Source: Comamonadaceae bacterium (GTDB lineage Bacteria; Pseudomonadota; Gammaproteobacteria; Burkholderiales; Burkholderiaceae_C). From it: a stretch of DNA of 63,658 nucleotides. Shown one piece after another: positions 37,672-46,967 of the stretch; position 1 is the stretch's first letter; each line of letters opens with the position of its first letter. Location: positions 1-63,658 of the forward strand of contig CANGPV010000001.1 of the NCBI GenBank assembly GCA_947455935.1, read 5' to 3'. The position numbers were made by a program, and so were the translations under genes. The notes under the pieces were generated by a model. The model ran no database searches. It worked only from the letters and a program-made list of their open reading frames with translations, and was not told the DNA's origin.

Positions 37672-37757
37672 TTTTGTCTCTATATTACCAATACAAAACC
37701 GATTCACGCAACTTCTGACGATGAATACCCCTTGAGACTGAGACACTGGAGATTGGC

Positions 37758-38279
37758 ATGTTTTCTAAATTGACGCAAAACGCAGTGAATACCTTGTTGT
37801 GGGTTTGCAAGCACCAAGACAATGGCCCTGTTACCACTGAGATCGTGAGCAAACGCTTGGGCTTATCGATCTCGTATTTAGAGTCTTTATTCTCCCAACT
37901 CAAAAAACACGGCTTTGTCGTGTCGTACCGTGGCCCCGGTGGCGGTTACTGCACACAAGGCAAAGCTGCCGATTTGATGCTGCTGGAAGTGATCAAGTTG
38001 TTTGACTTCCAAGAACAAACCAAATACCGTCCACGGGACTCCCACGGCGAAATGAACAAAGATTTGGTATCGCATTTGATGCAAAATTTTTGGGAGAACC
38101 ATTTGCAAGGTTTGAGTTTGGCTGATGTCATGGAACAAGTACCTGACGAAGCATGGGGCGCAATGTCAGTTGCACCTAACGCCAAACTAGACCCCCGCAA
38201 ATTCAAACCGCTGCAAGCCCCCAAACTGCCTACGGGCCCTAACTCTGTATTTTCTTTAGCAAGCTCTTTGGCGGCCTAG
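37758..38279 (+). CDS. Rrf2-family regulator (IscR-like, lacking the Cys triad)
   Basis: GGAG RBS; SISYLESLFSQLKK.G.V.S.RGPGGGY; C-terminal PNSVFSL. Confidence 0.88.
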   Translation: MFSKLTQNAVNTLLWVCKHQDNGPVTTEIVSKRLGLSISYLESLFSQLKKHGFVVSYRGPGGGYCTQGKAADLMLLEVIKLFDFQEQTKYRPRDSHGEMNKDLVSHLMQNFWENHLQGLSLADVMEQVPDEAWGAMSVAPNAKLDPRKFKPLQAPKLPTGPNSVFSLASSLAA

Positions 38280-38344
38280 ATAAAAACTATTACAAACGTG
38301 CTTTGCGCTACAGTGCGCATCTTTTGTTCAACAGATGCGCACGT

Positions 38345-39178
38345 ATGACACACGTCTACCACTCAGACAGCCCTTGGAAAAACCGCCTTGAGGATTTCAT
38401 GGAACATCCATGGATTCAGCACTTTTTGGTGTTCCTGATTTTGCTCAATGCAGTTATTCTGGGCTTAGAAACTGACCATGACATCATGGACCGCATCGGG
38501 GCTGAGCTGGTTCTGATTGATCATGCCATTCTTTGGATTTTCATTGCAGAAATTGTGATTCTGATCACTGCCAGAGGATGGGGTTACTTCAAAGATCCTT
38601 GGTGCGTGTTTGACTTCATCGTGGTTGGCATTGCACTCATTCCTGCCTCGGGTTCTTTGTCAGTTTTACGGGCTTTGCGCGTTCTGCGAGTCTTGCGACT
38701 CATCAATAAAGTTGAAAGTATGCGCAAAGTTGTGGGTGGGCTTTTGGGATCTCTTCCAGGATTGGGCTCCGTGTTTGGCCTCATCCTGATCATTTTTTAT
38801 GTGGCTGCAGTCATTGCGACCAATTTATTCCACCACGATTTTCCGCAGTGGTTTGGTGATTTAGGCTCAAGCGCCTTCACTCTTTTTCAAATCATGACAT
38901 TAGAAGGATGGTCACAAGAGCTGGCTCGCCCTGTGATGGAAATATTTCCCTATGCGTGGGTATTTTTCGTACTTTTCATCCTTATCGCCACCTTCATCAT
39001 CTTTAATCTGTTTATTGCCGTGATAGTCGACTCCATCACAGCGGACAAAGAACAAGACCGCAAGGACCATGACCAATTTAACGCCATTGAAAATGAGTTG
39101 AAATCGGTTCGGCAAGAACTCACTCAATTGCGCCAACTCTTGCAACACCAGGGTGGTCGTCCACCCGCCCAACCGTAA
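38345..39178 (+). CDS. Bacterial voltage-gated cation channel (BacNav family)
   Basis: S1-S6; DPW..FDF; S4 LRALRVLRVLRLI; pore FTLFQIMTLEGWS; S6 FNLFIAVIV; C-terminal coiled coil. Confidence 0.92.
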   Translation: MTHVYHSDSPWKNRLEDFMEHPWIQHFLVFLILLNAVILGLETDHDIMDRIGAELVLIDHAILWIFIAEIVILITARGWGYFKDPWCVFDFIVVGIALIPASGSLSVLRALRVLRVLRLINKVESMRKVVGGLLGSLPGLGSVFGLILIIFYVAAVIATNLFHHDFPQWFGDLGSSAFTLFQIMTLEGWSQELARPVMEIFPYAWVFFVLFILIATFIIFNLFIAVIVDSITADKEQDRKDHDQFNAIENELKSVRQELTQLRQLLQHQGGRPPAQP

Positions 39179-39183
39179 ATCAG

Positions 39184-40071
39184 TTGTCACCACTTCTTCC
39201 TTCGCCTTTGCGACACCTCATTGGAGATCGCATACGTCAACTCACAGGGTCCACGCAGTCCCCTGACGCCTTCAAGCAGCCTGTGGGTGACCCGGGCTTA
39301 TTGAGCCCAGCATCCATGCCTTGGCGAGTTCATGCACATTTCATCAGCATGATGGTGGGTGGCTTGTCATCGTTGATGCTGCAAGCTTTGCACCCCAGAG
39401 CCTTGGCTGCGGTCTGGGATCACTCCAATTTTCGTCATGATTTAAAAGCCCGTCTCGGGCGAACAGCTTATTTTGTTGCCATCACCACTTACGGCGGCCA
39501 AGAGCAAGCCTTGCAAGCCATTGACAGAGTCAACCGCATACATGCCAATGTCAAAGGCTGGATGCCCGATGGTTCGTCTTATGTGGCTAATGAACCCGAT
39601 TTGCTTTTATGGGTACATCTGGGTGAAGTAAGCAGCTTTTTGAAAGCCTATCAAAGCTACGCTTTGACCCCGCTTTCCCCACGACAGGCAGACCAGTATT
39701 TGGCTGAAATGGCAGTGATAGGCAAGCACTTGGGGATTCCTGATTTACCTATGAATCTTTCAGCCACTGAGCAAGCTTTGCAACAATTTCGCTCACAACT
39801 GCGCTTTGACGAGCGCACGGCTGAGATCATCAGCGTGATTGAAAACTATCCGGCCAGTGCGTGGGACAAGCCTTTTCTCAAGCTGGTGATTCAAGCTGCT
39901 TTTGATGAACTCCCCGATTGGGCCTTGGCCATGATGGGTCGCACACCTTCGCATCAGCTGAGACACCTGGCCACACGTCATGCGCTTCGTCTAGCGAGCT
40001 TACCCATTCAAGCCGCCTTAGATCAAGATGGTGTGGCAGCCTATTCACGTCAACGCATGACCACGGTTTAA
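39184..40071 (+). CDS. DUF2236 / MpaB-like oxygenase-family protein
   Basis: WRVH, GGLSSLMLQALHP..LA.V.DHS.F, RL.RT, V..IH..V.G, Y.AN.P.LL.WVH. Confidence 0.85.
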   Translation: MSPLLPSPLRHLIGDRIRQLTGSTQSPDAFKQPVGDPGLLSPASMPWRVHAHFISMMVGGLSSLMLQALHPRALAAVWDHSNFRHDLKARLGRTAYFVAITTYGGQEQALQAIDRVNRIHANVKGWMPDGSSYVANEPDLLLWVHLGEVSSFLKAYQSYALTPLSPRQADQYLAEMAVIGKHLGIPDLPMNLSATEQALQQFRSQLRFDERTAEIISVIENYPASAWDKPFLKLVIQAAFDELPDWALAMMGRTPSHQLRHLATRHALRLASLPIQAALDQDGVAAYSRQRMTTV

Positions 40072-40643
40072 GTGTTGGTATCAGCGGTCTCTAAGAGTTT
40101 GTCCAACAGCTGCGCTTTTAAATCTGCAAATCCGTAGGCTTGTGAGTACCCCAGAAAATCGCAGCGGTAAGTGTGTATATGCTGCTGAACAATGCTGATA
40201 CGGCAATCGAAGAAATTTTCATAAAAACGCAAAACCAACATCTCGTCCAATGCGTTGTTTTGAATATCTTCTATCAATTGCTGTTTTAAATCTTCTGGGA
40301 CTGTAAACGTGGAAGTGGGCTTGGGAGCGATCGGTTTAGGCAAAGGGGCTGGCGCAGGTTCTTCGATCACGGGATGGCTGGCACGCGGTCCGTTTTTATC
40401 CAAAAACTCTTCCCAAGAAAATGCTTCTCTGGTTTTAGGGGCTCTGAGGGTGTTAAAGCGAAACAGTGCGTAAGTCGGACAGAATCGCAGCACCGATGTC
40501 AGCAAAATAATGACGCCAATCAACATCCATCGGTCATTGCCATTAAACCAAGCCAACCAAGTGATCAAAGCGCCCGCCAAAGCACGTAAGCCCTGATCGA
40601 GTTGCCCTAAGTTCCTGCTGAAATAACTGCCGAAATTAAGCAT
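40068..40643 (-). CDS. DUF2892 (YgaP-like) membrane protein with C-terminal extension
   Basis: NLGQLD..LR...G, LLT....FCP.YALF...T; Pro-rich linker and extra domain; alternative ATG 40658. Confidence 0.7.
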   Translation of the reverse strand: MLNFGSYFSRNLGQLDQGLRALAGALITWLAWFNGNDRWMLIGVIILLTSVLRFCPTYALFRFNTLRAPKTREAFSWEEFLDKNGPRASHPVIEEPAPAPLPKPIAPKPTSTFTVPEDLKQQLIEDIQNNALDEMLVLRFYENFFDCRISIVQQHIHTYRCDFLGYSQAYGFADLKAQLLDKLLETADTNT

Positions 40644-40650
40644 GTTGAAT

Positions 40651-40696
40651 TGCCTCATTTAAGTGCGTTTGGCGTAATACGCACATTTTGGGTGCA
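40651..40696 (+). promoter_or_regulatory. NtrC enhancer boxes for the Anbu operon
   Basis: GCAC-attttgg-GTGC (40681-40695) and weaker GCCT-catttaa-GTGC (40652-40666), about 100 bp upstream of a sigma54 motif. Confidence 0.7.
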
Positions 40697-40781
40697 TTTA
40701 TACGAAATGGCCACAGAAAATTTTGGATGTTTTGCTGCATTCTTGGAGGTTTTGCACTGCAAACAAACAAATCATTGAGAT

Positions 40782-40797
40782 GGGCATAAAGTCTGCT
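40782..40797 (+). promoter_or_regulatory. Sigma54 (-24/-12) promoter
   Basis: GGGCATAAAGTCTGCT = GG-N10-GC, about 40 bp before ATG 40837. Confidence 0.65.
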
Positions 40798-40836
40798 TAG
40801 AACTTGCTTGGTGACACTTTCACAAGGCTGAATCTT

Positions 40837-42258
40837 ATGGCCCATGCCATTTTCGATGAAATGCGACAAAGCAATGGTTTAGCACGTTCACACTATGCCA
40901 CGTTTGATACGTGGCTCAAGGGCATTTCTGCTGAAACCGTTCAGCAAAAACAAATTGAAGCTGATCTGATATTTCGCCGCACGGGCATCACCTTTTCATT
41001 GAATGGCGACGAGGGTGGCACCGAACGCTTAATTCCCTCCGACTTGATTCCACGCATCATTGACGCATCGGAATGGGCTTTGATGGAAAAAGGGCTGGTG
41101 CAACGGGTCACGGCCATCAATATGTTTTTGCACGATGTCTATCACCAGCAAAACATCCTTCGTGCAGGTGTGGTCCCCAGCGAGCAAGTATTGGCCAACG
41201 CACAGTTCATGCCCATGATGCTGGGCCTAGATTTACCTCACCAAATTTACGCCCATATTGCGGGTGTCGACATCATTCGCCATGCAGATGGCAATTTTTA
41301 CGTGCTGGAAGACAACCTGCGTGTGCCATCAGGGGTGTCGTATATGTTGAGTAACCGCATCCTGATGATGCGACTCTTTCCCGAGTTGTTCAGACGTTAT
41401 GCAGTTCGCCCCGTTGAGCATTACCCTGCTCTCTTGCTGCAAACCCTGCGCTCATCCAGTTGGGTAGAGCAAGCTACGGTGGTATTGCACACACCCGGGC
41501 GATTTAACAGCGCCTATTTTGAACACGCTTTCTTGGCCAAGCAAATGGGCATCGAGTTGGTGGAGGGCTCCGACTTGTTTGTCAGGGATGGATTTGTTTA
41601 TATGCAAACCACCGAAGGGCCACAGCAAGTGGATGTGATCTACCGCCGCGTGGACGATACCTATATGGATCCGTTGTGCTTCCAAGCTGACTCTTATATT
41701 GGTGTGCCAGGTCTGGCTTCGGTGTACCGCCAGGGCAATGTGATCATTGCCAACGCACTGGGCACAGGTGTGGCTGACGACAAATCCATTTACCCCTTTG
41801 TACCGGAGATGATTCGTTTTTACTTGCACGAAGAACCTATTTTGAAGAACGTTCAAACCTGGCAATGCCGACATGCTGACGAACTGAGTTATGTGTTGGC
41901 TAACTTGAAAGACTTGGTGGTCAAAGAGGTGCATGGCGCCGGTGGCTACGGCATGTTGGTAGGCCCTGCATCCAGCAAAAGCGAAATTGATTCTTTTGCT
42001 AAACGCATCAAAGCGCATCCCAATAATTACATTGCACAACCCACGTTAAGTCTGTCCACCTGCCCCATTTTTGTCGACCAAGGCATTGCACCGCGACATA
42101 TCGATTTACGTCCTTTTGTCTTGATGGGGGACAAAACCCGCATCGTGCCAGGCGGTTTGACCCGTGTGGCTTTGCGTGAAGGTTCATTGGTGGTGAACTC
42201 TTCCCAAGGCGGTGGCACCAAAGACACCTGGGTGCTGGAAGAAAGCGAGGCCAGTTGA
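40837..42258 (+). CDS. Circularly permuted type 2 ATP-grasp protein
   Basis: FDEM, GITF, ER.IP.D.IPR, VLEDNLRVPSGVSY, NSAYFEH, DVIYRR, GTGVADDK, GGLTRVAL..GSLVVNSSQGGGTKDTWV. Confidence 0.93.
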   Translation: MAHAIFDEMRQSNGLARSHYATFDTWLKGISAETVQQKQIEADLIFRRTGITFSLNGDEGGTERLIPSDLIPRIIDASEWALMEKGLVQRVTAINMFLHDVYHQQNILRAGVVPSEQVLANAQFMPMMLGLDLPHQIYAHIAGVDIIRHADGNFYVLEDNLRVPSGVSYMLSNRILMMRLFPELFRRYAVRPVEHYPALLLQTLRSSSWVEQATVVLHTPGRFNSAYFEHAFLAKQMGIELVEGSDLFVRDGFVYMQTTEGPQQVDVIYRRVDDTYMDPLCFQADSYIGVPGLASVYRQGNVIIANALGTGVADDKSIYPFVPEMIRFYLHEEPILKNVQTWQCRHADELSYVLANLKDLVVKEVHGAGGYGMLVGPASSKSEIDSFAKRIKAHPNNYIAQPTLSLSTCPIFVDQGIAPRHIDLRPFVLMGDKTRIVPGGLTRVALREGSLVVNSSQGGGTKDTWVLEESEAS

Positions 42259-43208
42259 TGCTGTCGCGAGTTGCTGCTCAGTTGTATTGGATGTCACGTT
42301 ACTTGGAGCGTGCTGAAAACATGGCGCGTATTTTGGAGGTAGGGCAATCGTTTGCCTTGGTGTCAGCCAGCGATAACCAAGGCGACGATGCTGAGGCCGT
42401 GAAAGAACCCTTGGTCATCACTGACACACTGGCAGCCTTCGAGGCAACCGGTAAAACCATGCGAGCTGACCAAGTCGCTCAATTTTTAGCCTGGGACCCA
42501 GATCATCCTTCGTCTATTTTTAACAGCATTCAAGCCAGTCGCGAAAACGCCCGTGCGGTGCGGGGTGCGATGACGGTAGAAATGTGGGAGTGCATCAATG
42601 ACACCTGGCTTGAATTACTGTCGCGCAAGAAAAAAATGTTGCGCAACGACACCATCGTAGATTCCAGCTTTTTTGAATGGATTAAACAACGATCGCATCT
42701 GTTCCGTGGGGTTACGTTTGCCACTATTCAACGTGACCAACCCTACCATTTCATACGTTTAGGCACTTACCTTGAGCGAGCTGATAACACCGCGCGTATT
42801 CTCAGCGTGAAAACCCGCCGTCAATCGGAGGGCGGTAGCGACATGGTGGACGACTACTACCGACTCGGTGCGGTACTGCGCTCAGTCAGTGCGCTGGAGG
42901 CCTACCGCGATACCTACCGAGACACGATTGACGCAGACCGTGTCGCGGAGTTACTGATTTTTAACCCAAGGGTCCCACGGTCATTGCATTTTTGCTTGGA
43001 CGAGTGCGCCCTGATTTTGAGTCAGCTTCCGCAACAAACAGGGCGAGAAGCCCGCAAGCGTTGTGCCAATTTGCTGACCCATTTGCGCTATGGCGCTTTG
43101 AAAGAAGTCTATGACCACGGTCTAGAGGCTTACCTTGAAAAGTTTGTGGAAGAAAACATAGGCCTAGCCCAAGCCGTGCAAACCGATTATTTGGAAGTGC
43201 TGTCATGA
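42258..43208 (+). CDS. Alpha-E domain protein (DUF403)
   Basis: MLSRVA..LYWM.RYLERAEN.AR, RENAR..R, G..LERAD.TAR, PRS. Confidence 0.93.
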   Translation: MLSRVAAQLYWMSRYLERAENMARILEVGQSFALVSASDNQGDDAEAVKEPLVITDTLAAFEATGKTMRADQVAQFLAWDPDHPSSIFNSIQASRENARAVRGAMTVEMWECINDTWLELLSRKKKMLRNDTIVDSSFFEWIKQRSHLFRGVTFATIQRDQPYHFIRLGTYLERADNTARILSVKTRRQSEGGSDMVDDYYRLGAVLRSVSALEAYRDTYRDTIDADRVAELLIFNPRVPRSLHFCLDECALILSQLPQQTGREARKRCANLLTHLRYGALKEVYDHGLEAYLEKFVEENIGLAQAVQTDYLEVLS

Positions 43209-44008
43209 AACTACAGATCTTCCACGAAACCACTTATACCTACGACCAAACCATGCGCCGCAGCATTCAAATGCTGCGCATGTCGCCACCCAAAACCGCC
43301 AGACAGCATGTCAGTCAATGGCAATTGACCCTGCCCGCCAAGGCCACGCCATGGACCGATGCCTATGGCAACCAGTGCCATTGTTTGGTGATGGACCAGC
43401 CAGTGCAGTCCATTGTGCTCAAAGCGCAAGGGGTGATTGAGTTGATGCAGACTGACCAAGGCGAACCTGAGGGACCCGTGCCACCGGCTGTGTTCTTGCG
43501 CATCACGCCCTTGACGCAACCCGATGCAGCCATCAAGGCCTTCATCGAACCATTCAGGCCCACAGTGAAGTCCAGACCCTATTTGGGTTTACACGATGTG
43601 ATGCTGGCCTTGCTCAATCACATGCCTTACGAAAAAGGGCATACACAAGTGGGCTTTACCGCAGCGCAATCGTTTGCGGTGGGCAAAGGGGTATGCCAAG
43701 ACCATACCCATGTGTTCTTGGCCTGTGTCAGGCACTTAGGCTTACCCGCTCGCTATGTCAGCGGCTACCTGAACTCGGCTGATCAGGGCCATGTGGCCAG
43801 CCATGCGTGGGCTGAGGTGTGGATTGGTGGGCGTTGGGTAGGTTTTGATGTCAGCAATTCGGTGGGCGCAGACCAAGGCCATATTCGCTTAGCGCATGGA
43901 CTGGACTACGACGATGCCAGTCCGGTTCGTGGCGTTCGTATCGGTGGTGGTAATGAAACCTTGGACAGCTTTGCGAAAGTAGAATCGCTCAACTTCACTC
44001 AGCAATAA
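43205..44008 (+). CDS. Transglutaminase-like protein
   Basis: H.T.Y.Y, D.YGN, GVCQDHTH, PARYVSGY, HAWAE, GFD, DY.DA.P.RG. Confidence 0.93.
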   Translation: MKLQIFHETTYTYDQTMRRSIQMLRMSPPKTARQHVSQWQLTLPAKATPWTDAYGNQCHCLVMDQPVQSIVLKAQGVIELMQTDQGEPEGPVPPAVFLRITPLTQPDAAIKAFIEPFRPTVKSRPYLGLHDVMLALLNHMPYEKGHTQVGFTAAQSFAVGKGVCQDHTHVFLACVRHLGLPARYVSGYLNSADQGHVASHAWAEVWIGGRWVGFDVSNSVGADQGHIRLAHGLDYDDASPVRGVRIGGGNETLDSFAKVESLNFTQQ

Positions 44009-44014
44009 ACCGCT

Positions 44015-44746
44015 ATGACCTATTGTGTTGCGATGGCATTGAATGAGGGCTTGTTATTCGCCTCGGATTCACGCACCAATGCCGGTGTGGACCACGTATC
44101 CACCTTTTGCAAGATGACGGTATTTGAAACGCCCGGTGAAGGGGTGATCGTCATGCTCAACAGTGGTAACTTGGCCACCACACAGCAAGTGGTGAGTCGC
44201 ATCAAGCAGCATGCACATCACAGCGGATCTCCTTTGACGGCCATGGGTTCTTTGTTCTGCGTTGCTGAGTTGTTGGGTCGTGAATTGCGCGAGGTCATCA
44301 CCACCACACAAAACGAAGCGCCTGAACAATCGTCGGTTGATTTTTCAGCGACTTTTTTGGTCGGTGGTCAACTCAAAGGCGAAGCACCTCGTCTCTTCAT
44401 GGTCTATCCCCAAGGCAATTTCATCGAGTCGTCAGCTGACACCTCGTTTTTCCAAATTGGCGAGAGCAAATACGGTAAACCGATTTTGGACCGCGTCATT
44501 CAACCCGAACTGGGCCTCTATAAGGCCGCCAAATGCGCTTTGGTGTCGTTTGACTCCACCATCAAAAGTAATCTCTCCGTCGGTTTGCCCATCGACTTTG
44601 CCATGGTCAAACGAGATGGGCTCTGCGTATTCAAACGCCACCGTATCGATGAAGGTGACGATTACTTCCGTGAATTACGAAGCAGTTGGAGCCAAGGTCT
44701 GCGCAATGTGTTTAATCAACTTCCCGAACCTGATTGGCTGAAATAA
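44015..44746 (+). CDS. Anbu proteasome-type NTN protease
   Basis: MTYC (Thr1 nucleophile), SDSRTNAGVD, GNLATTQ, YPQGNFI, QIGESKYGKPILDR, SNLSVGLP. Confidence 0.93.
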   Translation: MTYCVAMALNEGLLFASDSRTNAGVDHVSTFCKMTVFETPGEGVIVMLNSGNLATTQQVVSRIKQHAHHSGSPLTAMGSLFCVAELLGRELREVITTTQNEAPEQSSVDFSATFLVGGQLKGEAPRLFMVYPQGNFIESSADTSFFQIGESKYGKPILDRVIQPELGLYKAAKCALVSFDSTIKSNLSVGLPIDFAMVKRDGLCVFKRHRIDEGDDYFRELRSSWSQGLRNVFNQLPEPDWLK

Positions 44747-44774
44747 TCTGTATATTCCAGCTACAGATTGTTTC

Positions 44775-45716
44775 ATGACCTACGACTCCACACTCCCCTA
44801 CCCGCGTGACTTGGTTGGCTACGGCCGACAAGCACCCCAAGCCAACTGGCCAGGTCAGGCTCGGGTGGCTGTTCAGTTCGTTTTGAACTATGAAGAAGGC
44901 GGCGAAAACGCGGTGCTGCACGGCGACGCGGGTTCCGAGCAATTTCTTTCAGAGATGTTCAATCCACCCAGTTTTGAAGCTCGCCACCTCAGCATGGAAG
45001 GCATTTACGAGTACGGCTCTCGGGTAGGCGTGTGGCGTATCTTGCGAGAATTTGAGCAACGAAAACTTCCCCTGACAGTGTTTGGCGTGAGCATGGCATT
45101 GCAACGCCACCCCGAACTCACCTCGGCTTTGGTGGAATTGGGCCACGAAATTGCCTGTCACGGTTGGCGCTGGATCCACTACCAACACATGGACGAAGCC
45201 ACAGAACGTGAACACATGCGCATAGGCATGGACATCATCCAACAGATGACGGGCCAAGCTCCCTTAGGGTGGTACACCGGCCGCGACAGCCCCAACACAC
45301 GCCGACTCGTGGTGGATCACGGCGGTTTTGCTTATGACAGCGACTATTACGGAGACGATCTGCCGTTTTGGATGAAAGTTGCCAAAACCAGTGGCGAGGT
45401 GGTGCCGCATTTGGTCGTACCCTACACCCTCGACACCAATGACATGCGTTTTTCTCTTCCCCAAGGTTTTTCGCAAGCCGAGGATTTTTTCATCTACTTG
45501 CGCGACAGCTTTGATGCGCTGTACGCCGAAGGTGCTGAGTCACCCAAGATGATGAGCATAGGCATGCACTGTCGTTTACTGGGCCGGCCTGGACGTATCG
45601 TGGCTTTGCAAAAATTCTTAGACCATATCGCCAAGTTTGACCATGTATGGGTATGCAAACGCATTGACATCGCCCAACACTGGAAAACCCACCACCCTTT
45701 CAAGGACAGCCCGTGA
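44775..45716 (+). CDS. puuE: Allantoinase PuuE (polysaccharide deacetylase family)
   Basis: YPRDL.GYG, FVLNYEEGGE, EYGSRVG.WR, HGWRW, GWYTGR.SPNT, PYTLDTNDMRF, MSIGMHCRL.GRPGR. Confidence 0.93.
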   Translation: MTYDSTLPYPRDLVGYGRQAPQANWPGQARVAVQFVLNYEEGGENAVLHGDAGSEQFLSEMFNPPSFEARHLSMEGIYEYGSRVGVWRILREFEQRKLPLTVFGVSMALQRHPELTSALVELGHEIACHGWRWIHYQHMDEATEREHMRIGMDIIQQMTGQAPLGWYTGRDSPNTRRLVVDHGGFAYDSDYYGDDLPFWMKVAKTSGEVVPHLVVPYTLDTNDMRFSLPQGFSQAEDFFIYLRDSFDALYAEGAESPKMMSIGMHCRLLGRPGRIVALQKFLDHIAKFDHVWVCKRIDIAQHWKTHHPFKDSP

Positions 45717-46957
45717 GCACCTACGCCCAACTTGACCAATGGATAGATGCCCATTTCGATGAGCAAGTGCGGTTTTTGCAAGAACTGGTTCGCATACCCA
45801 CCGATACCCCCCCTGGTAACAACACGCCCCACGCCTTACGCACCGCCGCGTTGCTAGAGGGCATGGGCCTGCCCTCGCAACGCTTTGAGATACCCCAAGC
45901 GGAAGTTCAAGCGCAAGGCCTCACCTCCATCACCAACTTGATTGTCAAGCGGCACTATGGTGACGGCTTGGTGATTGCCTTAAATGCACATGGTGACGTG
46001 GTGCCTCCCGGCGAAGGTTGGACACATGACCCCTATGGTGGCGAAATTGTGGATGGACAGATGTTTGGTCGCGCCACTGCGGTCAGCAAGTGCGATTTTT
46101 CCACTTTCACTTTTGCCCTGAGGGCCCTGGAAGCCGTCGCCAAGCCAAGCAAAGGCCAAGTGGAATTGCACTTCACCTACGACGAAGAATTTGGCGGCGA
46201 AGTCGGCCCAGGTTGGCTTTTGTCGCATGGCCACACCCAACCCGACTTGATGATCGCCGCAGGCTTTAGCTACCAAGTGATCACTGCGCACAATGGCTGC
46301 TTGCAAATGGAGGTCACTGTCCACGGCAAGATGGCCCATGCAGCCATTCCTGATAGCGGCATCGATGCTTTGCAAGGCGCTGTTGCCCTGCTCAACGCCT
46401 TGTATGCGCAAAATGCTTTATACAAACACATTCGCTCGAATGTGGAAGGCATTTCCCACCCTTATTTGAATGTGGGCTTGATCGAGGGTGGTACCAACAC
46501 CAACGTCATTCCGGGCAAGGTGGTATTCAAACTCGATAGGCGAATGATTCCCGAGGAAGATCCAGTTCAGGTGGAAGCCTCGATCCGCGATGTATTGACC
46601 AAAGCGGTTGAGGACTACAACGCTTCACGCGAAGCTCGTCATGCTATCCATATTGATGTGCGTCGCATGTTGATGGCCCATGCCATGAAGCCTTTGCCTG
46701 GCAACAAGCCTTTGGTGAATGCCCTGCAACAACACGCCAGCGACATATTTGGTGAACCCATTCCAGCGGTGGGCACACCGCTCTACACCGATGTACGTTT
46801 GTATGTGGAACGTGGCATTCCCGGCGTGATCTACGGCGCCGGTCCGCGCACGGTGCTGGAGTCACACGCCAAGCGAGCCGATGAACGTTTAAATTTAGAC
46901 GATTTACGCCGCGCTACCAAGGTGATTGCACGAAGCTTGTCTGACTTGCTGCGCTGA
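45713..46957 (+). CDS. M20/ArgE-DapE-family hydrolase with atypical metal ligands
   Basis: NAHGDVVPPG, YDEEFGG, AHNG, GGTNTNVIP, DRR..PEE, YGAGP; GTG start overlapping the puuE stop. Confidence 0.85.
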   Translation: MSTYAQLDQWIDAHFDEQVRFLQELVRIPTDTPPGNNTPHALRTAALLEGMGLPSQRFEIPQAEVQAQGLTSITNLIVKRHYGDGLVIALNAHGDVVPPGEGWTHDPYGGEIVDGQMFGRATAVSKCDFSTFTFALRALEAVAKPSKGQVELHFTYDEEFGGEVGPGWLLSHGHTQPDLMIAAGFSYQVITAHNGCLQMEVTVHGKMAHAAIPDSGIDALQGAVALLNALYAQNALYKHIRSNVEGISHPYLNVGLIEGGTNTNVIPGKVVFKLDRRMIPEEDPVQVEASIRDVLTKAVEDYNASREARHAIHIDVRRMLMAHAMKPLPGNKPLVNALQQHASDIFGEPIPAVGTPLYTDVRLYVERGIPGVIYGAGPRTVLESHAKRADERLNLDDLRRATKVIARSLSDLLR

Positions 46958-46967
46958 CTCAACACCT

